Shown: positions 49,971 through 60,275, counted from the stretch's first letter. The stretch is 62,638 nucleotides of DNA from Campylobacterota bacterium (GCA_022600175.1 JAHZKW010000137.1:1-62638); one strand, 5' to 3'. A program made the numbers and translations. Notes: generated by a model not told the origin, from the letters alone.

Positions 49971-51112
49971 TTAGATTGACCCTTTTTTCGCTTTTGTATA
50001 CTTTTATCGCGTTGATAGTCTATATCATCGCGATACCTTTTATCTTACTCCTCTCTTTTAAACAAAAATATCGTCAGTCGCTTTTTGCACGTTTTTTTCT
50101 TTTTAAAAATTCCCCTTTTCATAAAGAGGGTATTTGGTTTCATGTTGCCTCTTTAGGTGAAGTAAAGTCTCTCAAACCTCTGATTAATGGTTTAGAAGGT
50201 GAAAAGAGTATCTCAATGATTACCCAAACGGGGTATGAAGAAGCAGGAAAATTAGATGCAAATAGACGCTATCTACCATTTGAGCTACTGCTCCCTTTTT
50301 GGATTACAAAACAGCGTGCTTTAGTGGTGAGTGAAGCAGAGCTTTGGTATTTGCTTTTTTTCATTGCAAAGTGTAAAGGGTTAAAAACTTATCTCATTAA
50401 TGCCCGTATCTCTGATAGATCATATCAAAGTTATTTGCGTTTTAAATGGTTTTATGAAAAGATTTTTGCCAATATTGATCATGTTTTTGCGCAAAGTGAA
50501 AAAGATAAAAAGCGTCTTTTAGAGTTGGGTGCGAAAGAAGTTATTGTTAATGGTAATATTAAAGCATTTCAAAAAATAGAAGTAACGCATAGCTTTGATA
50601 AGCCTAAAGAAGAGGTGATTACGCTAGCTAGTACACATAAAGATGAAGAGATGATGATCTTAGCACAATTAGAGATTAAAAATAGAAAGATCATCGTAGT
50701 ACCAAGACATCCTGAGCGTTTTGATAGTGTGGATAAGATGTTACGTATCTTTGCTCAAGAGAAAAATTGTTCTTATCATCGTTTTAGTGAGTCTACAGAG
50801 TTTTCAAGTGATATTGTTTTAGTAGATATGATGGGTGCATTGATAAATATTTATGCGATAAGTGATATTGTCATACTTGGTGGATCATTTATAAAAGGTG
50901 TAGGTGGACATAACCCACTAGAACCTGCACATTTTGGATGCAAAGTTATCAGTGGGAAAGAGATTTTCAATCAACTTGCACTTTATGATCTTGTCTCTAA
51001 TATTGAGATGGTAGAAATCGAAGAAATTAATGCTACTATGTCACACGCAAAAATGACGTCGATCATTAGTCAAGCAGATATTGAACCTATATTGAAAGAG
51101 TTATCAACATGA
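49904..51112 (+). CDS. waaA: 3-deoxy-D-manno-octulosonic acid (Kdo) transferase
   Basis: N-terminal TM anchor, WFHVASLGEV motif and a GT30 C-terminal region (GGSF...GGHNPLEPA). The true start is probably the TTG near 49976, not the ATG inside the preceding gene. Confidence 0.88.
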   Translation: MSTLWKNPLFRASSRRGICRELIRLTLFSLLYTFIALIVYIIAIPFILLLSFKQKYRQSLFARFFLFKNSPFHKEGIWFHVASLGEVKSLKPLINGLEGEKSISMITQTGYEEAGKLDANRRYLPFELLLPFWITKQRALVVSEAELWYLLFFIAKCKGLKTYLINARISDRSYQSYLRFKWFYEKIFANIDHVFAQSEKDKKRLLELGAKEVIVNGNIKAFQKIEVTHSFDKPKEEVITLASTHKDEEMMILAQLEIKNRKIIVVPRHPERFDSVDKMLRIFAQEKNCSYHRFSESTEFSSDIVLVDMMGALINIYAISDIVILGGSFIKGVGGHNPLEPAHFGCKVISGKEIFNQLALYDLVSNIEMVEIEEINATMSHAKMTSIISQADIEPILKELST

Positions 51113-51831
51113 GAGAAAAAGCATATAAGTTATTAGCCATACAAGAGAATATAACCAATCGGTCAGCAAAAGATTTAATCGATAGGGGGTTAGTCTATAG
51201 TGGTGGGAAAAAAGTAGTGATGGCAAGAGCAGAGATGCCTGCTCGTACAAGATTTCGCGTTGAAGAGATTACTAAAATGCATGTTATCTTTGAAGATGAT
51301 AAAATTGTTGCTATTGATAAACCTGCATTTGTAACCAGTGAACAAATTGCCAAGAAACGAGGCGAGAAACTACTACATCGTTTAGATAAAGAGACTAGTG
51401 GTGTATTACTTTTAGTCAAAGATGAAGATTTTAGAAAAATAGCGATAGAAGCATTTAAAAAGCAGGACGTCTTAAAAGAGTATATTGCATGGGTGAGTGG
51501 TTCTATTGTTGAACCTTTAAAGATAGATAAACCTATTTTAACGATACGAAAACAAAATCAAGCTTATTCAAAAATCTCTACAGATGGGAGAGCTGCACTA
51601 AGTGAAGTGGAACCGTTGATGATTGAGGGTAAGTTGTCAAAAGTGAAAGTAAAGATTCTTACGGGACGTACACATCAAATTCGTGTACACCTTAAAAGTG
51701 AGGGTTCTCCTATTATTGGGGATCAATTTTATGGTGGAAAGCCACATAAAAGAGTGTTACTGCACGCTTCAAAAATTGCACTTTTAGGGTATAGTTTTGA
51801 GTCTAAAGAGCCAAAAGATTTTAAGCTCTAA
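51109..51831 (+). CDS. RluA-family pseudouridine synthase with N-terminal S4-like domain
   Basis: HRLDKETSGVLLL catalytic-Asp motif and GRTHQIRVHL motif. Confidence 0.88.
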   Translation: MREKAYKLLAIQENITNRSAKDLIDRGLVYSGGKKVVMARAEMPARTRFRVEEITKMHVIFEDDKIVAIDKPAFVTSEQIAKKRGEKLLHRLDKETSGVLLLVKDEDFRKIAIEAFKKQDVLKEYIAWVSGSIVEPLKIDKPILTIRKQNQAYSKISTDGRAALSEVEPLMIEGKLSKVKVKILTGRTHQIRVHLKSEGSPIIGDQFYGGKPHKRVLLHASKIALLGYSFESKEPKDFKL

Positions 51832-52652
51832 GTTGGTGGAGTACTACTCATCAAAAAACTGCTGAGTAGATAAAGTAGTAGGGTGAATATTGCATATTTG
51901 ATAGTCGTACCTACAATATTTCCTATTTGACAACTTGTACATGCACTATACTTTTTTGATTCATAGTAGGCGACAAAAAAGTAACCTATAAGTAAAATGA
52001 CAATGGTCAATGTTGCATATTGTGAAAATGTATAAAAAGTGTTGAGTGTTTCATCTGAAATAAAAAAACTTCCAATATTCGCAAGAATAATGAAAAAGAG
52101 GATTTTTTGTATTAGACTAATAAAATAGTCTCTTTTAAAAACGGTAGGGCAAGTTTCAAAGGATCCTTCTATCCCATTGTCAGAGAGGTTTTTTTCAAAG
52201 TTTTTTCGTCCTTTTTCTGGTAATCGATTTGCTAATGTTGCACCATAAACATAGTCAATCTTTCGTTGTAGCAATATCGCAAAATCACCTACTGCATCTA
52301 GGGATTGTTGATTTCCCTCTTTATCTTGGTAGATAAGTTTTATTTTTTCGTAACGTTTTACAGTTTGTATTGTATCAGGGAAGTAGAGTGTCTCTTCTGT
52401 TGAGTTGATAGAACCACGTTTACCTATGATTCTTGGATTGATGATTTCCAGATAACTTCCATTCTCTTTTTCTATCACAATTAAGGACATAGGTATAGCA
52501 ATCTGTATTGCAGCCATTGCTTCTGTTTTGTGTTTTTTCATCGTATCTTTGAGATCTTGGATGACAGAGAGAAGATCTGCATCAAAAGTCCGCATATCAG
52601 GGGAGATAACATTGATACGTTTATCAGGATAGATAACGATGTCTCGAACCAT
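51828..52652 (-). CDS. Peptide-deformylase-like domain (catalytic residues substituted) fused to a C-terminal 3-TM region
   Basis: The N-terminal 140 aa align to the PDF fold (IVIYPD...FD..L..I.DLKDTM, NPRII). Motif 1 is TEAMAAIQ, motif 2 is EETLYFP and motif 3 is QRKIDYVYG. The C-terminal 100 aa are hydrophobic. Confidence 0.6.
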   Translation of the reverse strand: MVRDIVIYPDKRINVISPDMRTFDADLLSVIQDLKDTMKKHKTEAMAAIQIAIPMSLIVIEKENGSYLEIINPRIIGKRGSINSTEETLYFPDTIQTVKRYEKIKLIYQDKEGNQQSLDAVGDFAILLQRKIDYVYGATLANRLPEKGRKNFEKNLSDNGIEGSFETCPTVFKRDYFISLIQKILFFIILANIGSFFISDETLNTFYTFSQYATLTIVILLIGYFFVAYYESKKYSACTSCQIGNIVGTTIKYAIFTLLLYLLSSFLMSSTPPT

Positions 52653-52794
52653 AAGGACTCCTTATTTTATAAGTATGTATTATAACTTGAGATACTTATA
52701 TTCTGGCATCAATAAAGTAAAAATTGGTTAAACTCACATCAAAAGAAGAGAGTAATTTTTACTATCGAAAGCTAGTAAAAAGGGAGAGCTTTGC

Positions 52795-53367
52795 GTGAAA
52801 AAAAGAGGTTTAGAAAAGTTTAATAATTTAGTAGATGCATTGTCGCAATTGCCTACAGTAGGTAAAAAGTCTGCTATACGTTATGCTTATCACATGGTGT
52901 TATATGATTCATTTACTGCACTCAAACTTGCACACTCTATTGAAGATGCAGTTGCTAATATAAAGAAGTGTACAATCTGTGGTGGGTTGAGCGAGGATGA
53001 GATCTGTGATATTTGTCATGATGAAAATCGAGATGAGCGTAAGTTATGTATAGTTGAAAGTGCAAAAGACATTTTTGTTTTAGAAGAGAATGCACTCTAT
53101 GAGGGGCGTTATTTTGTCCTTGAAAACCTTGATGCTGAGCAAGTAGAGCGCTTAGAGAGTATTGTACAAAGTGGGGTAGAAGAGATTATTTTTGCTTTTA
53201 GTCCCTCTTTGGCAAATGACGGTGTGATTTTATTTATTGAAGATAGATTAAAAGCGTATACGATTGCTTTTACTAAGATTGCACAAGGTGTACCTACGGG
53301 TGTGAGTTTGGAGAATGTGGATATGATGTCACTCTCTAAAGCACTCTCTGATAGGGTTAGGACTTAG
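52795..53367 (+). CDS. recR: Recombination protein RecR
   Basis: LPTVGKKSAIRYAYH HhH motif, zinf finger-type C4 motif CTICGGLSEDEICDIC, and a Toprim region. GTG start with GGGAGAG RBS. Confidence 0.95.
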   Translation: MKKRGLEKFNNLVDALSQLPTVGKKSAIRYAYHMVLYDSFTALKLAHSIEDAVANIKKCTICGGLSEDEICDICHDENRDERKLCIVESAKDIFVLEENALYEGRYFVLENLDAEQVERLESIVQSGVEEIIFAFSPSLANDGVILFIEDRLKAYTIAFTKIAQGVPTGVSLENVDMMSLSKALSDRVRT

Positions 53368-54151
53368 TAAAAGCCTTTTTCATATGTCTTGTGATTTGTT
53401 CTTGATCACATTGATGATTATAAAAGAGATCAAAAGCTAACACACCTTGATATAAGAGCATGTCTGCACCATCTTTATGAGGTATGTTTAGTGATTTTGC
53501 CATTTTTAAAAAAGGAGTCTCTTTATTATAGATGGCATCTGCTGCAAATTTAACATGTTGAAATATTTTCTCTATGATCTGCTTCGGAGCAGGTAGGTTT
53601 TCATCTTGGAGACCTGCTGAAGTTGTATTGACAACAAGATCATAGTGTGAGATTTTAAAGTTTTCCCAATTAAAAGTTTTTAGACCCATTTTTTCAAAAA
53701 AATCAAGTCTATTACTAGAACGATTGAGTATAGTTACATCTATATTTTTTTGATTGAAAATTGTTGCTAGTGCTTTTGCTGTACCACCTGCACCAATGAT
53801 TAATACATTATTAATAGTTCCAAAAGGTACTACAGATTTTACAAAGCCTTCTGCATCGGTATTGTACCCTATCATTTTTCCATTTTCATTGATGAGTGTA
53901 TTGACAGCTTTAATCTTATTGGCAATACCTCTAACTTCATCACATAGTGCAAATGCAGCTTCTTTATGTGGCACAGTAACATTGGCGGCATCAAAGTGCG
54001 TTAAAAATTCTGTTTTTAACTTAGAAGCCTCTTCAAGATGTGTCTTAGTATAGGCTGCATCTAGTCCAAGTCCTTTGATTGCATAGGTATGCATTGTTGG
54101 GGAGATGGAGTGTTCAACAGGATTGCCAAAAATGGTAAATTTTTTAGTCAT
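53357..54151 (-). CDS. aroE: Shikimate dehydrogenase
   Basis: FGNPVEHSISPTMH, NVTVPHKE, NTDAEGF and IIGAGGTAKA motifs. Confidence 0.9.
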   Translation of the reverse strand: MTKKFTIFGNPVEHSISPTMHTYAIKGLGLDAAYTKTHLEEASKLKTEFLTHFDAANVTVPHKEAAFALCDEVRGIANKIKAVNTLINENGKMIGYNTDAEGFVKSVVPFGTINNVLIIGAGGTAKALATIFNQKNIDVTILNRSSNRLDFFEKMGLKTFNWENFKISHYDLVVNTTSAGLQDENLPAPKQIIEKIFQHVKFAADAIYNKETPFLKMAKSLNIPHKDGADMLLYQGVLAFDLFYNHQCDQEQITRHMKKAFTKS

Positions 54152-55562
54152 CTTTTTTAAGGTCTTTAAGTGTACTCATCATTGCACCTAATTTGTTATG
54201 TACTTCAAGATATTCTAGTTCTGCTTGGCTATCAGCTACAACTCCTGCCCCTGCTTGAAAAATGATTTTTTCATCATTGAGCCAAGCTGTTCGAATTGCT
54301 ATGGCACTATCCATGTTGCCATCAAAACCAAAGTAGCCTACGGCACCACTATAAAATCCTCGTTTAAGACCTTCAAAGTCTGCGATCAATTCCATCGCAC
54401 GAATTTTAGGTGCACCTGTCATCGTACCTGCTGTAAAAGTTGCAGCAAAAAGATCAAACATATCATGTTTCTCATCAAGTAGGGCATCAATATCACTGAC
54501 CATGTGCATCACATGAGAATATCTTTCAACACGCATCATCTCTGTGACTTTGACTGTACCTGTTTTAGCCACACGTCCAACATCATTTCTCCCAAGATCA
54601 ACAAGCATGAGATGTTCTGCACACTCTTTTTCATCATTTAGCATCTCTTGTGCAAGTTCTTGATCTCTCTCTATCGTTTTACCACGTTTTCTGGTGCCTG
54701 CAATAGGACGAAGTAGAATATGATTATTATGAAGACCAACCATGACTTCTGGAGAACTGCCAGCTATGGTAAACTCTTCAAATTCAAGTAAAAACATATA
54801 TGGAGAGGGATTTTTACTTCTTAAAACTCTATAAAAAGAGAGAGGATCTATTTTTGCTTTTTGTGTAAAACGGTTTGACATTAGGATTTGAAAAACATCA
54901 CCACTTTTAATCATCTCTTTTGAGTCGGCGACCATCTTAAAAAAGTCCTCTTTACTAAATGCAAAAGAACTTAATGTATCATCAATGTCATTTTTAATCA
55001 CTTCACTATAGCGATAGGGTTGATGAAGATAGGCAATGATATTATCTAACTCTACATCAAAGTTTGCATCATGTGAGAGTAGTGTAAGTTTATTGGTCTT
55101 ATGTGAAAAGGCAAGTACAAGTTTTGGACGTACTAGATCCATATCTGGTGTTTGGAGCTCATCTTTTAATGAATCCATATATTCTTGAAGTTTTGGTTCA
55201 AAGATTTTTACAGCATCATATCCGATAAAACCAACAAACCCATCTACATAACCGATGTTTAACTTTTCTGAAAGTTCAAGATAGGGTTGTGGATCAACCT
55301 TGTCATAATAGGATTTAAGATATTGAAACGGTGTCTCTGATAATCTCTTTTGTAATCCGTCACTTTGTGTTAATGTTGTTGTGTTGTCTTTGTAGGTGAC
55401 ACGTTCATTTGCACCCATAAAGATAAAGCTGTAGTTACCATCTTCCGAATTTATTGCACTTTCAAATAAAAAGGAGAGTTCCTGAGGGAACTTCTCTTTG
55501 AGTCTTTTATAGATTGAAATGGGTGTCAGTTGGTCAAAAAGGAGTTGACGATAGGTGCACAC
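54144..55562 (-). CDS. Anthranilate synthase component I family protein (TrpE/PabB-type chorismate-utilising enzyme)
   Basis: FLFESA...GNYSF N-terminal motif, RPIAGTRKRG, and GAVGYF...D.AIAIRT. No adjacent amidotransferase gene. Confidence 0.85.
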   Translation of the reverse strand: MCTYRQLLFDQLTPISIYKRLKEKFPQELSFLFESAINSEDGNYSFIFMGANERVTYKDNTTTLTQSDGLQKRLSETPFQYLKSYYDKVDPQPYLELSEKLNIGYVDGFVGFIGYDAVKIFEPKLQEYMDSLKDELQTPDMDLVRPKLVLAFSHKTNKLTLLSHDANFDVELDNIIAYLHQPYRYSEVIKNDIDDTLSSFAFSKEDFFKMVADSKEMIKSGDVFQILMSNRFTQKAKIDPLSFYRVLRSKNPSPYMFLLEFEEFTIAGSSPEVMVGLHNNHILLRPIAGTRKRGKTIERDQELAQEMLNDEKECAEHLMLVDLGRNDVGRVAKTGTVKVTEMMRVERYSHVMHMVSDIDALLDEKHDMFDLFAATFTAGTMTGAPKIRAMELIADFEGLKRGFYSGAVGYFGFDGNMDSAIAIRTAWLNDEKIIFQAGAGVVADSQAELEYLEVHNKLGAMMSTLKDLKKDD

Positions 55563-55563
55563 T

Positions 55564-56424
55564 TTATTTGATCCTATAGATATAAGCGCTAGGATTGATC
55601 TTTGATTGGACGTTACTTAGATCACTTCTTGCTTGTTCTCTTGTTCCATATGGCCCTACCAAGACTTTTTTAATATCTTGACCTTTGATGTTTACTTTAT
55701 GGACAATATAATCAAATCCATTATTTTTGATTTTTGTTAAAAAACGTTTATCTGGAAATGATTTTGATGTAGCACCTACTTGAATAAAATAACCACTCAT
55801 AGAGGAGATTGGTGATGGAGTAGGAGTGATAACAGGTTTTTTTGAAATTACAACTTCTTTGACCTCTGGTTTAGGTGTTACGACTTTTGTAACTTCTTTT
55901 ACCGGTGCTACTACAGGAGTTTTTGGTAGAGTTGTTTTAAATTCTTTGATTTTATCAATGACATTATCTTCGGTATCTATAATAGTCTCTTTGGTTTCAT
56001 CAAGTACAGTTGTAAGGTCATTGTCTTCAATTTTAGTATTTTCAGGTTCTGCCTCTTGTGCATCTTGTTGTTTGAGTTTTCGTACCATCTCTTCAAACTT
56101 TAAATCTGTTTCTGAAGTCTCATCAATAATCGGTTCTTCTTTAAAAAGTGCATCATTTTGTTCTTCTATAAGATCTCTGCTAGGTTCAATAATATTTTCT
56201 ACTTTTTGTTCAATAGCTTCATCAACACTCGCTAAGTTTTCACTTGGTGAAACATCATTGTTATTGAACATTTTCATCGCAATAAGAATAATGAGAAATA
56301 GCAGTACTAATGATGCAATACCTAGTAAAAGCTTTTTAATTTTTTCATTACTAGAAGTATCTTTTTCTAAAATGATATCACTTAGATCACTTTTTTTCTT
56401 TAATTTCTCTAATTTGTCTTCCAT
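55564..56424 (-). CDS. SPOR domain-containing membrane protein
   Basis: N-terminal TM helix, a long acidic/Pro-Val-Thr-rich linker, and a C-terminal SPOR-like domain (GYFIQVGATSK...VLVGPYGTREQARSDL). Confidence 0.8.
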   Translation of the reverse strand: MEDKLEKLKKKSDLSDIILEKDTSSNEKIKKLLLGIASLVLLFLIILIAMKMFNNNDVSPSENLASVDEAIEQKVENIIEPSRDLIEEQNDALFKEEPIIDETSETDLKFEEMVRKLKQQDAQEAEPENTKIEDNDLTTVLDETKETIIDTEDNVIDKIKEFKTTLPKTPVVAPVKEVTKVVTPKPEVKEVVISKKPVITPTPSPISSMSGYFIQVGATSKSFPDKRFLTKIKNNGFDYIVHKVNIKGQDIKKVLVGPYGTREQARSDLSNVQSKINPSAYIYRIK

Positions 56425-56475
56425 TCTCTCTCCTCTTTTATGGTATCCCAGTATCGTTATTGTTTTTGACAGTTT

Positions 56476-57018
56476 CTACATATGTTTAGCCCATGAAGCG
56501 CCACGCTCTTTATCGTAGACTTTCATCGGTAAGTTTAATATATTAAACTCTCTTGGCAAATCCGGGTTAGGGAACATTTTCCATTCGCGTGGTAATTTTG
56601 TAGAGAGTTTAGCAGATAAAGTCTTTGAAAGTTGATATGCCTCTTGCAGTGTTGTATGTCCTTTATGTACATAGAGATGCAAATGACCAGGTGTTTTAGT
56701 TTCATAAGCAGTAAAGTTTAAAAAGCCCTCTTCACGAAGCATCAGTTGTGCACGATGCCAAAACTTTTCAGTATTTCTACCGTTATAGTCAAACACAAGA
56801 TTTTCTACTTTGTCTCGACTATTTATCAGTGAGTGTGCAACAATGATTTTTTGATCGGCATATTCATTCATAATAGATCGTGTCAGCGTTGCATCAATTT
56901 TTTCATACTTGTCAAAGTGCATTTTACCTTTGTGATTGAGCTTGTTGATAATTCTATCACGCTTTATCCAGTAGTGATCTGTTACCATTTTAATTAAAGA
57001 AATATCAACATTATACAT
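56476..57018 (-). CDS. Conserved hypothetical protein (DUF1882-like, Campylobacterota-specific)
   Basis: 180-aa ORF in the conserved slot between glyA and the SPOR gene. Contains GHLHLYVH. The family assignment is from memory and was not searched. Confidence 0.55.
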   Translation of the reverse strand: MYNVDISLIKMVTDHYWIKRDRIINKLNHKGKMHFDKYEKIDATLTRSIMNEYADQKIIVAHSLINSRDKVENLVFDYNGRNTEKFWHRAQLMLREEGFLNFTAYETKTPGHLHLYVHKGHTTLQEAYQLSKTLSAKLSTKLPREWKMFPNPDLPREFNILNLPMKVYDKERGASWAKHM

Positions 57019-57027
57019 GGTTAGATC

Positions 57028-58275
57028 CTAGTAAATAGCTCTGTCATAAATGACAAAATTGTTTGCAAGTGTTTTCATCTCTGCTTTTATTTGGGCATGT
57101 AGTGCTTCATCATTAATGTTATCAAGAACATCAGCTATCTTGTTTGCAATAATCTCAAACTCGTTTTCTTTCATACCTCGTGCGGTAAGTGCTGGTGAGC
57201 CAATACGGATACCACTTGTCACAAATGGGCTTCTTGTCTCTCCTGGGACAGTATTTTTATTGACGGTGATACCAGCATTGCCAAGTGCTGCATCTGCATC
57301 TTTACCACTAAACTCTTTTTCTAAAAATGAGACAAGTACAAGATGATTATCTGTGCCGCCACTAACAATATTATAACCACGTTTGACAAGTACTTCACCT
57401 AATATTTTTGCATTTGCTTTCACCTGTTTTGCATAAGCTTTCCATTCAGGTTGCAAAATTTCACCAAATGATACTGCTTTTGCAGCAATGACATGTACAA
57501 GTGGACCACCTTGAAGACCTGGAAAAATAGCAGAGTTGATTTTTTTAGCAATATCTTCATCATCACACATGATCATACCACCACGTGGACCTCTTAATGT
57601 CTTATGTGTTGTTGTTGTCACTACATCTGCATACGGGAATGGACTAGGGTGTTCATCTGCTGCTACAAGACCTGCAATATGTGCGATATCAGCAAATAAA
57701 ATAGCACCGACTGCATCTGCTATCTCTCTAAATTTTGCAAAGTCAATTTCACGTGCATATGCAGAGGCACCACAGACGATAATTTTTGGTTGTACGATCT
57801 TTGCAATATCCATCACTCTATCATAGTTTATACGACCATCGAGTTCAACGCCATAGTAAAATGCTTGGTAGTTTTTCCCTGAAAAAGAGGGTTTTGAACC
57901 ATGGGTTAAGTGTCCACCATGGCTTAAATCCATACCTAAGATTTTATCTCCTGCCTTTAAGAGTGCAGCATAGACTGCTCCATTTGCCTGACTTCCAGAG
58001 TGTGGTTGTACATTTGCATAATTACATCCAAAGATTTCACATGCTCTATCAATTGCCAATTGTTCTACTTGATCTGCAAATTCACATCCACCATAATAAC
58101 GTTTATATGGATATCCTTCTGCATATTTATTCGTGAAAATGCTTCCCATTGCTTCCATCACAGCGGGACTAGTAAAATTTTCACTAGCGATCATTTCTAA
58201 GTGATCTGTTTGTCTCTCTAACTCATTTTGTAAAATGTCATATACTTTAGGATCATTTTTTTCTAAAAAATTCAT
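57028..58275 (-). CDS. glyA: Serine hydroxymethyltransferase
   Basis: [24 protein letters not shown] and [14 protein letters not shown] (PLP lysine) motifs. Confidence 0.98.
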   Translation of the reverse strand: MNFLEKNDPKVYDILQNELERQTDHLEMIASENFTSPAVMEAMGSIFTNKYAEGYPYKRYYGGCEFADQVEQLAIDRACEIFGCNYANVQPHSGSQANGAVYAALLKAGDKILGMDLSHGGHLTHGSKPSFSGKNYQAFYYGVELDGRINYDRVMDIAKIVQPKIIVCGASAYAREIDFAKFREIADAVGAILFADIAHIAGLVAADEHPSPFPYADVVTTTTHKTLRGPRGGMIMCDDEDIAKKINSAIFPGLQGGPLVHVIAAKAVSFGEILQPEWKAYAKQVKANAKILGEVLVKRGYNIVSGGTDNHLVLVSFLEKEFSGKDADAALGNAGITVNKNTVPGETRSPFVTSGIRIGSPALTARGMKENEFEIIANKIADVLDNINDEALHAQIKAEMKTLANNFVIYDRAIY

Positions 58276-59792
58276 TAATTTGCTTCCTCATCATTTTCTT
58301 GTGTTTTTATTGGTTTCATCGCTGGAAATAGAATAACATCTCTTATAGAGTGTTGATTGGTAAGTAACATGACAAGTCTGTCAATACCAATACCTTGACC
58401 TGCTGTTGGAGGCATACCGTAACCTAATGCATGGATATACTCTTCATCCATCTCATGTGCTTCGTCATCACCACTGTTTTTATCCTCTATTTGTTTAGTA
58501 AAACGTTCATGTTGATCAATAGGGTCATTAAGTTCATTAAATCCATTGGCAATTTCAGTTCCTGCAACAAAAAATTCAAAACGATCTGCAATTTCTGGAT
58601 TTTCATCACTTCTACGAGCCAGTGGACTAATCTCAATTGGATAGTGTGTGATAAATGTAGGGTTAATCAGTTTAGGTTCTACAAAGTGATCAAAGAGTTC
58701 AGTTTGCAATTTTGCGACTGAAAGTTTAGGATCTGCTGCACAGTTATGCTCTTTTAAATAAGTGAGCATTGCCTCACGATCTTCAATGATCTCTGCAGGA
58801 ACACCACCAATTTCACTGAGTGAGTCTGCCCAAGCAATCTTTTTAAATGGTCCGCTTAAATCAATCTGCATATCTCCATAGTTAATGGTTGTTGGGAGAT
58901 CAAGTTCACGAATTAGTGTTTCAAAAAGCTCTTCAGTTAATCGCATAAGATCTTTATAGTTATGATATGCCCAGTAAAACTCAATCATAGTAAATTCTGG
59001 GTTATGGGTATGATCCATTCCTTCATTTCTAAAGTTTCTATTGATTTCAAATACTGCTTCAAATCCTCCTACAATCAAACGTTTGAGATAAAGTTCTGGT
59101 GCAATTCGTAAAAATCTCTCTACATCAAGCGCATTATGATGTGTGACAAATGGTCTTGCATTTGCACCACCTGCAATTGGGTGCATCATAGGTGTTTCTA
59201 CTTCTAAAAAGCCTTTTGATTCAAAAAAATGTCTTACGATACTAACAAGTTTACTACGTGCTTTAAAGACATCTTTGACATCCGGGTTCATAATCATATC
59301 AAGGTATCGTTGTCTATAACGAAGCTCTATATCTTGGAGTCCATGAAACTTTTCAGGAAGGGGTTTGACTGATTTTGCTGCTAGGTCAAGTGCTGTGACA
59401 TGTAATGAAAGTTCACCTGTCTTGGTGACAAATGGGTATCCTGTGACAGTGATGATATCACCAACTTCAATCAACTTTTTAAAAACATTATTATAAAAAC
59501 CTTCTGGAAGATTATCTCTGGCTACATAGATTTGTAGTTGTCCACTCTCATCTTCTATTTTGACAAAAGCAGCTTTTCCCATAAGTCTTAAAAATTTAAT
59601 ACGTCCGTTTACACTAAGACTTTTGCTTTCATCACGCTTCTCTTCTGTATCTATAACATAAGCAAACTGTTTTTTAAACTCACCTGTAGAGGCTTCTCTT
59701 TTGATATTGTGTGGATATGGGGCATAGCCAAGATCTTTTAGCTGTTGTGATTTTTCTATTCGTTGTTGTTCATATTGATTGTCAAAGATCAA
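58275..59792 (-). CDS. lysS: Lysine--tRNA ligase (class II)
   Basis: OB anticodon-binding domain, [19 protein letters not shown] and [11 protein letters not shown] motifs. Confidence 0.97.
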   Translation of the reverse strand: MIFDNQYEQQRIEKSQQLKDLGYAPYPHNIKREASTGEFKKQFAYVIDTEEKRDESKSLSVNGRIKFLRLMGKAAFVKIEDESGQLQIYVARDNLPEGFYNNVFKKLIEVGDIITVTGYPFVTKTGELSLHVTALDLAAKSVKPLPEKFHGLQDIELRYRQRYLDMIMNPDVKDVFKARSKLVSIVRHFFESKGFLEVETPMMHPIAGGANARPFVTHHNALDVERFLRIAPELYLKRLIVGGFEAVFEINRNFRNEGMDHTHNPEFTMIEFYWAYHNYKDLMRLTEELFETLIRELDLPTTINYGDMQIDLSGPFKKIAWADSLSEIGGVPAEIIEDREAMLTYLKEHNCAADPKLSVAKLQTELFDHFVEPKLINPTFITHYPIEISPLARRSDENPEIADRFEFFVAGTEIANGFNELNDPIDQHERFTKQIEDKNSGDDEAHEMDEEYIHALGYGMPPTAGQGIGIDRLVMLLTNQHSIRDVILFPAMKPIKTQENDEEAN

Positions 59793-59804
59793 TGGGTCTC
59801 TCTC

Positions 59805-60266
59805 CTAACTATTTTGACATTGTTTGCAAATTCCGTAGAGTTGCATCAAGTGATTGGTTAATTTAAAGTCGTGCATTTTAGCGATTTTGTTTTGAAGTTT
59901 TTCTATCTGTTCATCTTCAAATTCAACGATCGCACCGCATTTCTCACAGATTAGATGGTCATGATGGGGTTTATTCCCTAGTTCAAATTTTTTACCTTGT
60001 GACCCAAAAGAGATGGATGTCGCAATATTGTTCTCTTCAAGTAAATTTAGTGTACGATAGACCGTTGTAATACCCGTGTTTAGATCAGGGTAATTCTTTT
60101 TTACAAGAAGATAGAGGTTTTCTGGTGTAAAGTGATCTTGGTTATCAAAGAGTGTTCTAAGAATCGCTTCACGTTGTGCAGTATATTTTAAGCCATTGGT
60201 TTTAAGGAGTGCTTTAAACTTTTCAAGTAACTCCTCATACGATAAGTGTTCAAGACCTTTAATCAT
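59805..60266 (-). CDS. fur: Fur family transcriptional regulator
   Basis: [12 protein letters not shown] winged helix, [11 protein letters not shown] and CKQC metal sites. The fur-lysS-glyA order matches C. jejuni. Confidence 0.85.
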   Translation of the reverse strand: MIKGLEHLSYEELLEKFKALLKTNGLKYTAQREAILRTLFDNQDHFTPENLYLLVKKNYPDLNTGITTVYRTLNLLEENNIATSISFGSQGKKFELGNKPHHDHLICEKCGAIVEFEDEQIEKLQNKIAKMHDFKLTNHLMQLYGICKQCQNS

Positions 60267-60275
60267 TAGTAACTC

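Noticed and set aside
55826-56518. A 230-aa Ser/Thr/Leu-rich ORF antisense to the SPOR-domain gene that also spans the spacer into the DUF1882-like gene.
   Set aside because: It is low-complexity antisense of the Glu/Lys/Val/Thr/Pro-rich linker. It has no start context and the sense strand has a clear domain-containing product.
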